DNA of 64,000 nucleotides. Origin: an uncultured bacterium. GTDB taxonomy: Bacteria > Verrucomicrobiota > Verrucomicrobiia > Verrucomicrobiales > DEV007. The stretch covers positions 181,270-245,269 of the forward strand of contig CAXBMO010000009.1 of the NCBI GenBank assembly GCA_963977015.1, given 5' to 3'. How positions within the stretch are numbered: position 1 is the first letter of the stretch; each line of letters opens with the position of its first letter. Made by a program: the position numbers and the translations under genes. Shown here one piece after another: positions 28,660 through 37,664 of the stretch. The notes beneath the pieces are model-generated. The model made no database searches, had not been told where the DNA came from, and was given only the letters and a program-made list of their open reading frames with translations.

Positions 28660-31600
28660 AGAAGATACTCCTGACCTGGTTCACATTGCTCTGGTTGGTT
28701 GCCCTGCCAACTGCGTTGGGGAAACCCAACGTCCTCGTCGATTTTCCATCCTACGAAGAACCGGTTTCTCGCCCGGAAATCCTCCTTGGCCATCAAATCC
28801 GTGAAGCGCTCGTTCTCGCCTTGAAACAAAGCGGTCATCCCGTTGCCGTTGATGCACTGCTGGCGCCACCAACCACTGATTTCGACTTCCGACTTCCCAA
28901 CGCGCTTCCTTTTGAACTTCCGGCCGAGTTGCATCCCGAGGTTCGCTTTCGCATCGAGCATCTCAGTTCCAGCAACATCCGCATTGCGATCCGGTCCAAG
29001 GACTCGGAGCAATTCACTTCTTTTCTTGAATTCGCCGCTGGGGAAAAAGCTGTCTGGCCCAAAATCCAGAAGCAGGTCTACACATGGGCAGGAACCGATC
29101 CCCCCGATCAATCACCCGCCCTGCCGCCCGAACCCAACGCAGAAGCCCCTCGCTCTCCGTATCCCAATGATTCCGCCTGGCTCGATTCCGGGTTCACCGA
29201 CAGGCTCGCGACCTACAATGCCCTGGCTTCTCAACTCCACAGCCCCACATCGAATGCCAGGGAATATCCGCTCGCAGGTCTGGCCCGTCTGTCAGCCCTG
29301 CATGCGGCTTACTATAGCAGGATTGACGAGGTATCTGCATTTCGTTACGCAGCCCGGTCGCTGGTCTTTCTCGAAATGCTTGAGCAACAGGCATCGGCCC
29401 CTCCGGAAGTTCGCCATTTGATAGAGAACATCCGCTTTCTTGCCGAGCGCTTCACTCTGAGATCCTGGTTGCCGACACCAAAGACCGTCGTTCTGCCGGA
29501 ATTACAGCTCCTGATCAATCACGAGCGCAATCAAAATCTCACGATCCATCCCGGAGCAGAATCTCTCTTTGCATTGTTGGTTTCTTGCGAAGCTTATTCA
29601 CCGATCCGTGGCTATGATTCGGCCATCAGCAAAGCCCTCGATTTTGAAGGCTTTTTCGCCGCGCTTGATCAACGCGTGGAATCGGAAAAAACCCCAGCCT
29701 ATTCGGGGTTGATCGAAAACGGAGAACGATACTTGGAGCACGCCCTCGTCTTGGCCCGGCACACCGACTACACCTTCGATTCGGTCATGATGGTGGATCG
29801 CTATGTTTACGCTCTCTTTCAATTGAACCAGGAAGCCACTCCCACCGGTCAAGAGTTGGGAGTGCTGGCAAAACTTGATGGTTTCGAAGCGGTTGAAGGC
29901 CTCACAACAGAAGTCATCTCGTGGATCAATACGGCGGAGCAGCACTTTGACTGGCTTGATACGGAGGGCGCAGCCATTCCCAAAGACGACCTCACCGCCC
30001 ACACTCTCCCATACCTCAAAATCCTGGGGATATTGTACTGGCTGGACAACGAGATCCCCGACAAACCAGAGTTGTGTTATTCAAGCTCATGGAAACTCAA
30101 CTGGTATGACATCCGCCAAGAGTTCGTGAACCGTCACGCTTCTCTTGCCGTGTCCGCCTACGAGCGTTTCCAAGACCTTGGCGTCTCCCAAGCGAGTGCC
30201 ATGAAGCGGCAACTGAACCGCTTTGGAAACGAAAAGTTGAATCGCCCGAGCCGATTTCTCGCGCCGATTCAGATTACCCCGACCACGGTCGTATCCTGGC
30301 AATGGCTGTGCGAAGACTTGCAGACGCTTTGCGCTCAAGTGCGGTGTACTCCAGCGACCGGGATCCTGACAAAGTGTCCCACAATTCGCGACAGCATCGC
30401 CTCCGGCTCCCTATCAGAAGACCAACGTGTCATGTTCATCGACGCATTGCAGGAGTCGATTCAAGACCCTGAATTGGTTCAGCAAAGCAACTTTCTCGGC
30501 TGGATTGATGAATCTCTGATTCGAGAGATCCGCGAATTGATTCGCGAAGGGGATCCCGAAGCCGTGCCTCACATCAACGCATTCGTGCTCGGCATCATTT
30601 TTGACGGAGTCTTCGCGTTTCCTGATTCGTACGACAATTCTCCACTTCTATCCATCGCCGGTCGTCAAGCGAGTCGATGGGTCCGGCAGGCCAAGTACCT
30701 GGACAATCGCGGTCAGACCGACAAAGCGGCGACGATGGCGGAGAAAGCCTTCACATTGACTGACCAAAACAGCCTTTTCGGGAGCGACTATGTCATGATT
30801 CTTGGCAGAACCGGCCGACTTCACGAAGCCCTGGCCCAAATGGCAATCCTGGCGGCAGACGACTTCGCCCACGATTATCACCGACGCCGAGTTCTCAAAT
30901 GGCTCCCCCATTGCGGCGCCCTCAATTGCCCACAAGGTCTGGAAGTCAACCTGGCGGAGTATCTCGGAGAAAACACCACCGCGTCTTCCATGGATTATCT
31001 TGCTCGCGCAGAATATGCGTTTCGACTGGGCGAATGGGAAGTGATGAAACAAGTGGTCGACGACTTTCACTACGCAGGCTCTGCGCGCAGGGAGGTTTTG
31101 GATGCCATCGCCACAACGATGTTGAGCCGCCGGGACAACCCGGATTGGTCCCACATCGAATCCGCTCTTCGATCGGAGCTGGCAGCTTACGGCGGCAGCA
31201 TCCTGGAGTCCTATGATTTCTGGTTGGCCATCCTCGACCGCGAATTCGGCGACGCACCTGAGTGGGACGGCATCAAGCAACGAACCCGGTTTGAGGACAT
31301 TGCTCAACTGCATCACCACTCGAAACAGCTCTGGCTTCCGCTCAAAGAGGACGAAGCTGCCAAGATTCTGAACTGGTATCAGAAGACGACCGAAGCCTTT
31401 CTTGAGGAAGACGGCCCCTGGCAAACCGGTGTCGATGACTGGAAACTCAAAGCGGTGCTCGACGAACATCGTGCCCTTGGAAAATGGATCGCCCTGCAAA
31501 CGGACCGATTTCGGACTTCGCCCGCCCCGTCAGTCATCGAAACGGCAGCCACCGTTGTCCGGAAAACCAATGAAACCCGGGAGTTGCGGGCAAAACTCCA

Positions 31601-32132
31601 ACCTCGCGAACCGGTCGCCATGAATTTCATGGTGTGGTTGCTTCGCGAAGGTTGCCCACCGGAAAAGGTGGCGGAGTTTGCTGAGAACCTTGTCTCCAGT
31701 GGCGCGAATCCCTGTCACGGCGAGTCCATTCTTTGTGAGGCGGTTCGAGATTCCGAAGCGTTGTCCCTCATTTTGTCCTGGCCCAAGGAAGCCCTGCCGC
31801 GGAGGGCTGACGATCCCCAGAAATTCGCGATCGACCTCGAAGGGCTCTTTCAATGGGCTTTCGTCAACGGACGCGACACGATCGCCGAAGACGCAGCTCG
31901 GAAGTTGGCCGTGGAATCGTCCGATTTCAGGGCCCTCCAGCTCTTCTTTTCAGATCAGGACCAGGCGGCAGTCTGGATTCACAGCAACGCTCCGAGCCGC
32001 AAGTTGCTTGCCGTCTGGAAGCAGCAATTGAATTCCGAAAACCCGCACGAACGCCTCCGCAAGGAGCGAACGGCAGCCAGTCATCCAGCGCCCAAAATTC
32101 CGCGACCGCTCTGCGCTACCACGGTTGAATAG
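28656..32132 (+). CDS. Large exported hypothetical protein, helical (possibly TPR-like)
   Basis: Signal peptide MKKILLTWFTLLWLVALPTALG from ATG 28656, which overlaps the STAND gene stop (ATGA); long ORF with no recognised catalytic motif. Confidence 0.7.
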   Translation: MKKILLTWFTLLWLVALPTALGKPNVLVDFPSYEEPVSRPEILLGHQIREALVLALKQSGHPVAVDALLAPPTTDFDFRLPNALPFELPAELHPEVRFRIEHLSSSNIRIAIRSKDSEQFTSFLEFAAGEKAVWPKIQKQVYTWAGTDPPDQSPALPPEPNAEAPRSPYPNDSAWLDSGFTDRLATYNALASQLHSPTSNAREYPLAGLARLSALHAAYYSRIDEVSAFRYAARSLVFLEMLEQQASAPPEVRHLIENIRFLAERFTLRSWLPTPKTVVLPELQLLINHERNQNLTIHPGAESLFALLVSCEAYSPIRGYDSAISKALDFEGFFAALDQRVESEKTPAYSGLIENGERYLEHALVLARHTDYTFDSVMMVDRYVYALFQLNQEATPTGQELGVLAKLDGFEAVEGLTTEVISWINTAEQHFDWLDTEGAAIPKDDLTAHTLPYLKILGILYWLDNEIPDKPELCYSSSWKLNWYDIRQEFVNRHASLAVSAYERFQDLGVSQASAMKRQLNRFGNEKLNRPSRFLAPIQITPTTVVSWQWLCEDLQTLCAQVRCTPATGILTKCPTIRDSIASGSLSEDQRVMFIDALQESIQDPELVQQSNFLGWIDESLIREIRELIREGDPEAVPHINAFVLGIIFDGVFAFPDSYDNSPLLSIAGRQASRWVRQAKYLDNRGQTDKAATMAEKAFTLTDQNSLFGSDYVMILGRTGRLHEALAQMAILAADDFAHDYHRRRVLKWLPHCGALNCPQGLEVNLAEYLGENTTASSMDYLARAEYAFRLGEWEVMKQVVDDFHYAGSARREVLDAIATTMLSRRDNPDWSHIESALRSELAAYGGSILESYDFWLAILDREFGDAPEWDGIKQRTRFEDIAQLHHHSKQLWLPLKEDEAAKILNWYQKTTEAFLEEDGPWQTGVDDWKLKAVLDEHRALGKWIALQTDRFRTSPAPSVIETAATVVRKTNETRELRAKLQPREPVAMNFMVWLLREGCPPEKVAEFAENLVSSGANPCHGESILCEAVRDSEALSLILSWPKEALPRRADDPQKFAIDLEGLFQWAFVNGRDTIAEDAARKLAVESSDFRALQLFFSDQDQAAVWIHSNAPSRKLLAVWKQQLNSENPHERLRKERTAASHPAPKIPRPLCATTVE

Positions 32133-32145
32133 CGACTCTCCCGTT

Positions 32146-34833
32146 CTATCCCAACCAACCTGAGCGAAATGCCAGGACCGCAAGAGTGGCGAGGAGGGTA
32201 ATCACCAGGAGGGTGATGAGGATGGAGACGATCTTGAGTCCCGAACGCGGTGGCGTTGCTTGCGGCGGGAGGCTGCAGGCCGCTGGAGGAAGCCTGAATT
32301 CCTGCGTCTGGTCCAGATCGGCGGAGGGACGCGAAGTGGCAGCCGGCGCGGGCATGGGAGGGGCAGGTGGTGGGGAAACACTCCGGCGAACTGGGGGCTC
32401 CTCTTCCATCGAATTATCGCCCGGTTCAAATTGTAGGTTTCCGCCAAGGTCATGAATATCAAAGTCCTTTCCGGAAATGATCTCCTTTACCGTTCCATCC
32501 TCGGCCTCGGTAGTTTCCGAAGGTTCGAAGCTCGGTTCCGGCCCTTCTAACTTCTCCTCATTGGTCGATGCTTTGGGTTCCGGACGCCCAATGAGCCGCG
32601 TCGCCTCCTCTTCATCGCCTCCCCCACCGTAGACGGGAGCCGGTTCATCGTCTTCCTCGCTGCGCTCAATGATTCGCGTCTGCGATGGGATCTCACGGTT
32701 GACGGACGCGGAGTAGTCGGCCAGCGGATTGCTTGCGAGCTTGAGCGCTTGAAAGTGAATTGAAGACAACTCTCGCGGGGCCACCGGCATCGGCATTTCC
32801 CAGTAGGTTGGCCGGATGAAATTCTGCCGCCGTAGCGAAAGTGCGTGCCGATATTCCTGCATCACCACGTCTGATTGGCGGGAATTCGATGACCAAAAGA
32901 GCTGAAACACGTCTGCTTCCTCAATCAGGTTCATCAATTGCGGGTGCCAGGCCTCGCCCGCGCGCAGTTCCAGCAAATCCCGGAGGTAGCGATCGCCCAA
33001 CGTTTTGCCGTAGTTCTCGATCTGCTCGACAATGGCCAAATCCTGCCGGGAATAGGATGGAAAAATCCGCCGATAGAGCGCCGCCGAATCGGAAACCTGC
33101 TCGACTTCCGAAGGCAGGGAAACTCCGGCCGGGGTAATCTGAAAACGGAGGGGAACTTCCGCGACCATCAGACTGCCCAAATAAATGGAGAGACTGCCCG
33201 CCGCTTCCGTTGCGCCGCTGCCGATGGGGCGAAGCTGAAACTCTTCTTTGTGGACGTTGACGCCCCGGACCCAGAAAAAGGAGCGCGAGGGCGGATTGAA
33301 ACGGACTCCCGGCACGTGGGGCACCAGCCGAATCTCCGCTTCACGCGGAATCGCCAGGCTACTGTCCTTGGTGGTGTCGAGGTATTGGCTGATCTTTTCT
33401 CCCAAAACATCCCCCGCCTGCGCCCTCACCTCCTCAACCGGGTGCGCGGCGTTGGCCGGAGCGTCGATCGGCTTATCATCCAGGTGCGTGAACACCAGCA
33501 TCTGGCTCCACACATCCGCCGGGAGACTCTTGGGCCGATAGGTGGTGAACTGCACGTTCTCCGGCGGATATAACCCTTCCTCGCCGGCCACCTCCTCCAG
33601 AATTTCGCCGTCTTCACCGTCGTCAAACAGGCCGTCCGTCACTTCAATAGCCGGCTTGGCTGCGACCGGCTCCTTCGCCCACTCCTCAGGTTCGACGGGT
33701 TGCGCAACCGGAGGCACCACGGCCTCCTTTTTCTTCTCCAACTCCGGTTCAGGCTCCGGGACAGGTGCAGGCACGGGAAACGATGGCAATGGCGCCGGGG
33801 GTGCGACCGGCATCGGCACTGGCGCACCAGCGTCCTGCGAAGCCACCTCATGTGGAGGCTGGGAAGTCCCATCAAGCTCGTCTGTATCCTCCGTTTCTAC
33901 CGCCGGAGCCTCGACCACCGGTGGTGCGGGACGCTTTCCCAACAGTTTCCTCAACTCGTCAACGGACGCGGGCCGATCTTCCGCATCGACGGCAAAAGCC
34001 CGATCGATGGCCCCGAGCATCTCCGCCCCAAAGCGATCCACCAGCTCCTCATTCCCGGCCAACGCGGGCGATTTCTCCGGACTGGTCAACCGGGTTGGCG
34101 CGGGAGTTGGACGCTGCCGCGACACGACGTGATAAAACAACGCCCCCAGGGAATAAAGGTCGCTGGAAGGCCCCTCCACCACATCGGTCATGAACCGATC
34201 GATCGGCAAGTAAGGCGAAATGAGCCGTTCGCCATCATCATTCTTTTCGTAAGCGGCCTTGGCGGCGCCAAACTCAATGATCTTGGGCTCCTTCTTGGGT
34301 CCAGAAAGAACGACGTTATCCGGGGCAAGGTTCAGATGCAGCGCGCCTTTCTCGTGCAGGTATTCCACCCCATTCAGGACGCCGCTGATCAGGTCATACA
34401 ACTCCGCCGCACTCAACCAGTCCTCCTCACTCTCGCGCCTGCGGATCTCTTCACTCAGGGACCGGCCCACCACATACTGCAACACACAATACGCCGTCCC
34501 ATTCGCCTCAAAAACATCGAAGACTCGCACCAGTCGCGGATGGTCAAACTCCAGCCACTGCTTTGCCTCGCCCACAAAATCCTTCAACGTCGTTGCAAAA
34601 AGGTCGGCATACAGCGGGTTGCCCTCAAACGTCAGCACCTGCTGACTGGATGCCTCGCGATACGCCAAATCTTCAGGAAGCAGCTCCTTCACCACCACCT
34701 CACGCATCCGCACCGTATCCCAGGCCAGGTAGGTGTAGCCAAGGATTCCCGTCCCGAGGCGTTCACGAATCTTGTATTGTCCCAGACTCGTTGCCGGTGC
34801 CAACGGAGTCGCTTTTTGAGGCGGTGCTTCCAT
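32146..34833 (-). CDS. Pseudokinase - unknown beta domain - TIR domain - C-terminal TM protein
   Basis: Kinase fold with HLNLAPDN and IEFG; TIR-like IFPSYSRQD...LRAGEAW...IEEADVFQLFWSSNSRQSDVVMQE (~32750-33075); terminal TM IVSILITLLVITLLATLAVLAF. Confidence 0.83.
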   Translation of the reverse strand: MEAPPQKATPLAPATSLGQYKIRERLGTGILGYTYLAWDTVRMREVVVKELLPEDLAYREASSQQVLTFEGNPLYADLFATTLKDFVGEAKQWLEFDHPRLVRVFDVFEANGTAYCVLQYVVGRSLSEEIRRRESEEDWLSAAELYDLISGVLNGVEYLHEKGALHLNLAPDNVVLSGPKKEPKIIEFGAAKAAYEKNDDGERLISPYLPIDRFMTDVVEGPSSDLYSLGALFYHVVSRQRPTPAPTRLTSPEKSPALAGNEELVDRFGAEMLGAIDRAFAVDAEDRPASVDELRKLLGKRPAPPVVEAPAVETEDTDELDGTSQPPHEVASQDAGAPVPMPVAPPAPLPSFPVPAPVPEPEPELEKKKEAVVPPVAQPVEPEEWAKEPVAAKPAIEVTDGLFDDGEDGEILEEVAGEEGLYPPENVQFTTYRPKSLPADVWSQMLVFTHLDDKPIDAPANAAHPVEEVRAQAGDVLGEKISQYLDTTKDSSLAIPREAEIRLVPHVPGVRFNPPSRSFFWVRGVNVHKEEFQLRPIGSGATEAAGSLSIYLGSLMVAEVPLRFQITPAGVSLPSEVEQVSDSAALYRRIFPSYSRQDLAIVEQIENYGKTLGDRYLRDLLELRAGEAWHPQLMNLIEEADVFQLFWSSNSRQSDVVMQEYRHALSLRRQNFIRPTYWEMPMPVAPRELSSIHFQALKLASNPLADYSASVNREIPSQTRIIERSEEDDEPAPVYGGGGDEEEATRLIGRPEPKASTNEEKLEGPEPSFEPSETTEAEDGTVKEIISGKDFDIHDLGGNLQFEPGDNSMEEEPPVRRSVSPPPAPPMPAPAATSRPSADLDQTQEFRLPPAACSLPPQATPPRSGLKIVSILITLLVITLLATLAVLAFRSGWLG

Positions 34834-35039
34834 ATCTCTTGGGGAACAAATAAGGATTCAGGAAAACCCCGTCAAAATAATTGTCTAACATTTGCTCCAC
34901 TCAACTTCCTGCGTTGGCCTGGATCACCCGGGAGACGCAGCGATGTTGGGATGATTGAACGTTGCCAGTGCCCGTCGAGCTAACAATGTCGCAAAAATGC
35001 AGCGATCAATTTCGCCTCATTGACGAGCGGACCATCAGC

Positions 35040-35456
35040 TTAAAAGGCAAAGGTCAGCGCAATAGCTACGCCGGCGGAGAGGAACAGGAGGAGATTGAGG
35101 GACAGGTTGTAGATCCAGAACCGGCGCTGGTTGCGTTGCCCGGCCTCCAGATCCGGAAAGTGTCCGGTTTGGCTGAAGCGGGAGACCCACACGGCAAAGC
35201 GATGAAGGCTGATGGCGGGGTAGACGCCGAGCAGGGCCACGACGATGAGGACGATGCCGGTAGTCGTGGCGGCCGACGCCGGCACCAGATTGAGTTCCAT
35301 AACAAAGGGAACCCCTGCGATAAGGGCGCCCCCGAGGATGGCGCCAAAAAAGGCGTAAACCCCAATGATGGTGGAGGTCAGGCGAACCCAATCGCGTGTT
35401 TGATGAGCGGTATTTTGAATCCGCTCCATTTGATCGACCTTTTTGCGACGTCTCAT
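35040..35456 (-). CDS. Small 3-TM membrane protein (DUF5362-like)
   Basis: Three hydrophobic helices; pattern W.RL...YPAISLHRFA...QRRFW; lies directly downstream of the kinase. Confidence 0.65.
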   Translation of the reverse strand: MRRRKKVDQMERIQNTAHQTRDWVRLTSTIIGVYAFFGAILGGALIAGVPFVMELNLVPASAATTTGIVLIVVALLGVYPAISLHRFAVWVSRFSQTGHFPDLEAGQRNQRRFWIYNLSLNLLLFLSAGVAIALTFAF

Positions 35457-35468
35457 TCGGGTTGCGCG

Positions 35469-37436
35469 TTAATTCAGGGATTGAAAGACGATGACGATGA
35501 CCCCGATGGTGAGGGAGATGGCGGTGAGAAGGGAAAGGGTGCCAATGCCGGCCCAAACGAGACGCTGCTTCTTGAGGACCTTGTTGAGGGAAGAGACTTT
35601 GGGCGCTTGTTTGGCGCGACCGATGGAGATGGCCATCTGAAACTGGGAGAGCACAATGGAGAAGAGGATGATGGCGAGGACGCCAAGAAAGCTGCCGAAG
35701 CCAATAATGGGGGCTTCTTCTTCCTGAACTCCGCCCAAAATCATCACGGTAGCCCCCAAGGCAAAGAAGCCCGAAACGAGGAGGCCGACGATACCGAGGA
35801 TGACGACAAAGGGCTGAAATTTGCTAAACTCGCGAACGAGGCCCATGAACTCGGGTTCTTGCTCGAGCCGTAGCTCTTCTTCGCGAAGAATGGCGGCTTC
35901 TTCTTCCTGCTGTTTGGCGAGGGCCCCCTCCTCTGCTTTCTTTTTCGCAAGGCGAGCTTCCTCCTCTGCCTTCTTCTTGGCGAGTTTTTCTTCCTCGGCG
36001 GCTTTTTTCCGGGCCTGACGCTCTTCTTCTTCGGCTTTCTTTTTGGCGAGACGCTCTTCTTCCCTGGCTTTTCGCTCCTCTTCTTCCGCTTTTTTCCTGG
36101 CGAGGCGTTCTTCCTCCTCTTGTTGCTTCTTCGCTAAAGCTTCGGCCGCTGTTTCATCGTCGTCATCATCATCGGGCAGCGGTTGGCGGACGGGTTCACG
36201 CTCCTCGGGCAGGGACGGCGGCGTAATGGCTTTGGCCCCGCTTTGACGCTTGGGATCGATGAGGATGGTGCCGCCGGGTTCGGCATCCTGGGCAATCTTG
36301 GCAGACTCGCTTCCTTCCTTGCGGAGGATGACACCGTCTTCATCCATTTCCGTGGCGACTTTGTCAGCTTTGGCCTCGGCTATTTTGGCGGAGGCGGCTT
36401 CCAGTTGGCGGGCGACGTTCTGTTTGGTGGCAGTCCAGGCGGAGGCGCCAAATTTGAGTCCCTTGCCAATGGCTTCACCAATTCCGGCGCCAACCGCCGC
36501 AGGGTCTTTGGACTCCGGGGAGTCAGCCACGACGTGCTCAAAAAGTCCCCGCCACTCGGCAACGGTCCGCGGGCGTTTGTCTTCGTCGACTTCAAGCGCG
36601 CGGTCGATCGCACGAAGGAAGGCCAGCTCGGCGCGATCCGGGTTCTTGATGATTTTGGCGAGTTTCTCGACCGGGTCGGGTTTCTTCTTCAACCGCGCGT
36701 TGGCGCGTTGGCTGGAATCGGTTGGTTTTTCGCCGAGTAGGCAGCGATAGCAAACCGCGCCGAGGGCATAGAGGTCCGTCCAGGGCCCCTGAAGCTGAGG
36801 ATCACCCGAGTATTGCTCAAACGGAGCGTATCCAGGGGTGACGATGCTGGTCACGGAGCGGCTTTTTTCGGCAATGCCCTGCCGGGCAGCGCCAAAGTCG
36901 AGCAAAATGGGCACGCCCTTCTCCGTAATGATGATGTTGTCGGGCTTGATGTCGCGGTGCAGGACGTCATTGCGATGCACTTCCTCAAGACCATTGGCCA
37001 ACTGGAGGATGATCTCGCGCACGTCCTCCAACGGAAGGCGATCTCGCTCAGACTTGCTGAGACGCTTGCCCAAATCGTCGCCTTCCACGTATTCCATGAC
37101 GCAGTAGACGGTCTCATTGGCCTGAATGACGCGATGAACGCCGACAATGTTGGGGTGTTTGAACTTGGCCAAGGTCCGCGCCTCTTCGATAAAGGCGTCT
37201 CGCGCCCACTCGAACTCGTCTTTGTGACCGATGGTGATGGGAATGACGGTGCAACCGGTCCCCCGCATCGCGATCCCGTCAGGCAGCAACTCCTTGATGG
37301 CAACCTTCAGCCCAAGGTCGATATCCTGAGCGAGATAGGTGATGCCAAAGCCGCCTTTGCCCAGAACTTTGAGAATTTGATACCCCTCAATCCGAAATTC
37401 GGCGGGCAAGGAGATCTGGTCCTGAGGGTTATCCAT
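35469..37436 (-). CDS. Ser/Thr protein kinase with charged helical stalk and C-terminal 3-TM module
   Basis: LGKGGFGITY, VAIKE, HRDIKPDN, DFG, APFEQ; E/K/R repeat region; three TMs. Confidence 0.92.
   Translation of the reverse strand: MDNPQDQISLPAEFRIEGYQILKVLGKGGFGITYLAQDIDLGLKVAIKELLPDGIAMRGTGCTVIPITIGHKDEFEWARDAFIEEARTLAKFKHPNIVGVHRVIQANETVYCVMEYVEGDDLGKRLSKSERDRLPLEDVREIILQLANGLEEVHRNDVLHRDIKPDNIIITEKGVPILLDFGAARQGIAEKSRSVTSIVTPGYAPFEQYSGDPQLQGPWTDLYALGAVCYRCLLGEKPTDSSQRANARLKKKPDPVEKLAKIIKNPDRAELAFLRAIDRALEVDEDKRPRTVAEWRGLFEHVVADSPESKDPAAVGAGIGEAIGKGLKFGASAWTATKQNVARQLEAASAKIAEAKADKVATEMDEDGVILRKEGSESAKIAQDAEPGGTILIDPKRQSGAKAITPPSLPEEREPVRQPLPDDDDDDETAAEALAKKQQEEEERLARKKAEEEERKAREEERLAKKKAEEEERQARKKAAEEEKLAKKKAEEEARLAKKKAEEGALAKQQEEEAAILREEELRLEQEPEFMGLVREFSKFQPFVVILGIVGLLVSGFFALGATVMILGGVQEEEAPIIGFGSFLGVLAIILFSIVLSQFQMAISIGRAKQAPKVSSLNKVLKKQRLVWAGIGTLSLLTAISLTIGVIVIVFQSLN
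35870..36150 (-). repeat. Coding E/K/R/A repeats (ER/K single-alpha-helix-like)
   Basis: Imperfect ~11-aa units such as EEEERLARKKA, EEERLAKKKA, EEEKLAKKKA; boundaries approximate. Confidence 0.75.
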
Positions 37437-37664
37437 CGCAAAATCTAAAAATCATCACGGGCTGAAGGAAATTTCGCAGGTTGGGCAAGAATTCTAGAGT
37501 CGAGTCCCATCCTTTCAAGGAAACCTCCGTCCCCTCCGTTCTAATAAAGCCCGGAAAGAATGCAAAGGTGATTTTTATAAATTTATTGGAACGAGAGGCG
37601 GGATTTCCCGATCCTGCAGGGATGATGCGAGAGATCTTGCTGGAAAAGGCCAAAATCTACTTCC

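Noticed and set aside
33700-34983. Long antisense ORFs (e.g. 33700-34983+, 47722-48840+, 45189-46211+, 20238-21239+, 452-1339-)
   Set aside because: They shadow well-supported genes on the opposite strand and show no protein motifs.
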